Assembly: GCF_031769215.1 (NCBI RefSeq)
Contig: NW_026782072.1
Span: 1,116,001-1,180,000 of the forward strand
DNA from: Ylistrum balloti
Lineage: Eukaryota
Length of the DNA stretch: 64,000 nt
Direction: 5' to 3'
This document shows positions 62,801-64,000 of the stretch, in pieces (the stretch's first letter is position 1; each line of letters starts with the position of its first letter). The translations under genes and the position numbers were made by a program. The notes under the pieces were generated by a model that did not search any database, was not told where the DNA came from, and saw only the letters and a list, made by a program, of their open reading frames with translations.

Positions 62801-63295
62801 GAGGGGCCAATTAGTTGAGTAGGGTGTCTGCTTATGGACATTTCAATGCCGACCAAACCGTTATCGTTCAGTGAATTTACGTGACGTATAAGACATGCAC
62901 ATGATATCTGTATTATCAACCCATGTTTGATGTGTAGTACGGTAATTAATAATACCATTTGTAACTGAAAACGAGGTGAGCAATGCGACTTTCATATATG
63001 GCTTGTGTAAATATGCTTACTTCATAGCGTTGCTATTTTAACACATGGACTTAGAACTGCGACGAGTTTAGCCCTGCTTTTTATCATGATGTATAATATA
63101 AATAGAATGAGAGTTAGTGTAAGACAAAAAAGATATGACTTAATGATACGAATTTTACAAGAGCTTGCGTGAAGCAGAAGATATCGATGGAAATTTTATG
63201 TATCATCGATTCAGGTCATTCTTTTCCGTTTTAACGAAGGTCTTTGTTTAACTTTCAATTTGCAGTTTAAAATCTGATTTGCAATTGTCAACTAC

Positions 63296-63344
63296 ATGGC
63301 GAAAACGAAACCGAAACAAAGCAGGAAACGTAAAGATAAAACAG
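63296..63344 (+). CDS. Duplicate copy of the probable first coding exon
   Basis: Identical to 59843-59891 at offset 3453. Confidence 0.4.
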
Positions 63345-64000
63345 GTAAGTGTTCGGCTTTCAGGTCAGATGAAGCATTGGGGGAATTTACGGAATGGAAG
63401 AAGTAGTTGCTATCGAAAGTATTGAAAAGATATTATGTTAAAGGTAATTTCCGGTTTTCGGTAGGGATCAAAGTTTAAAAGTGCTGTTTTGGGTAACAAT
63501 CTGTTAAAGTCTTCTTCCCAAGTTCAACTAGTTCTACAGTCTTTCTATTTGATATCTAAGATGCGAAGATAATTAGCTATCAAAGTTGCGAAAATGAAAT
63601 ACCTTGAGCAAGTTTCAAGGTCAAAGGCATAAGTCAATAGTATTTGGTCAGTAATATACTACGATCAGATAGTATCAAATGAAGTAATGAAATAAAAAAT
63701 AATGGGTCAAATGTTAATTTCTGATTTTTGGTGGTTGTCAAATCTACAAAGTGCTTTTTCCGGAAAACACAAATAAAAAATTGCAATGTGTAGGGCCTTA
63801 ATATGTAATAAATGAAGTGTTCCGAATATTTGCTATCAAGTTTGTGGAAATTATTAAACTTTTTTCTACGCGGTGTAATATAGGGGAAAGCTCGTCAAAT
63901 TGTCAGCCAACTATTTCTAGTTATCCTTGTACTTTTTTCATGAGTCTCCGTGTAAACTTTTTTTCTTCTTTTTTTATTTTGCTCCTATTTTTTACCTAGT

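Larger units (their letters stand above)
58776..64000. repeat. 3453-bp direct duplication (58776-60547 = 62229-64000; runs off the window end)
   Basis: A constant 3453 offset at ACTCCAACAAACAGC (58776/62229), at the ORF pairs 59320/62773 and 60364/63817, and at the final ACCTAGT. The junction is a (TA)n run at ~62209-62229. No differences were seen in the segments compared. Confidence 0.95.

Overview
AT-rich, repeat-dense eukaryotic DNA from an invertebrate animal. A bivalve mollusc is the most likely source; this is inferred from the repeat families and gene types and is not proven. No rRNA, tRNA or CRISPR array was found. Four host genes can be reconstructed by hand with open frames, the three spliced ones with canonical GT-AG junctions: (1) an intronless GPR22-like class A GPCR (+, 3264-4769); (2) FAM221A (-, 8 coding exons, 12630-21581, 327 aa); (3) a two-exon carotenoid cleavage oxygenase of the BCO-like type with an apparent signal peptide (-, 34843-39307, 516 aa); (4) a five-exon cytosolic sulfotransferase (-, 43898-46499, 297 aa). 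A probable first coding exon of a fifth gene lies inside a 3453-bp direct duplication at the right end. The rest is minisatellites and mobile-element relics: L1/Tx1-like and RTE LINEs, Tc1, a solo LTR, a decayed Polinton/Maverick, pearl-like repeats, and several Penelope-like inserts carrying minimal hammerhead ribozyme motifs. The most striking observations are these. Both ends of FAM221A intron 4 are tandemly amplified (about 60 copies of the splice donor and several decoy acceptors), and every alternative choice reads straight into a stop codon. A compact fold-back Penelope insert carries twin hammerheads and an inverted GIY-YIG segment. The carotenoid oxygenase appears to be secretory. A LINE 3' UTR contains a signal-peptide plus poly-Asp/DVHGM reading frame that is two lesions from being intact.
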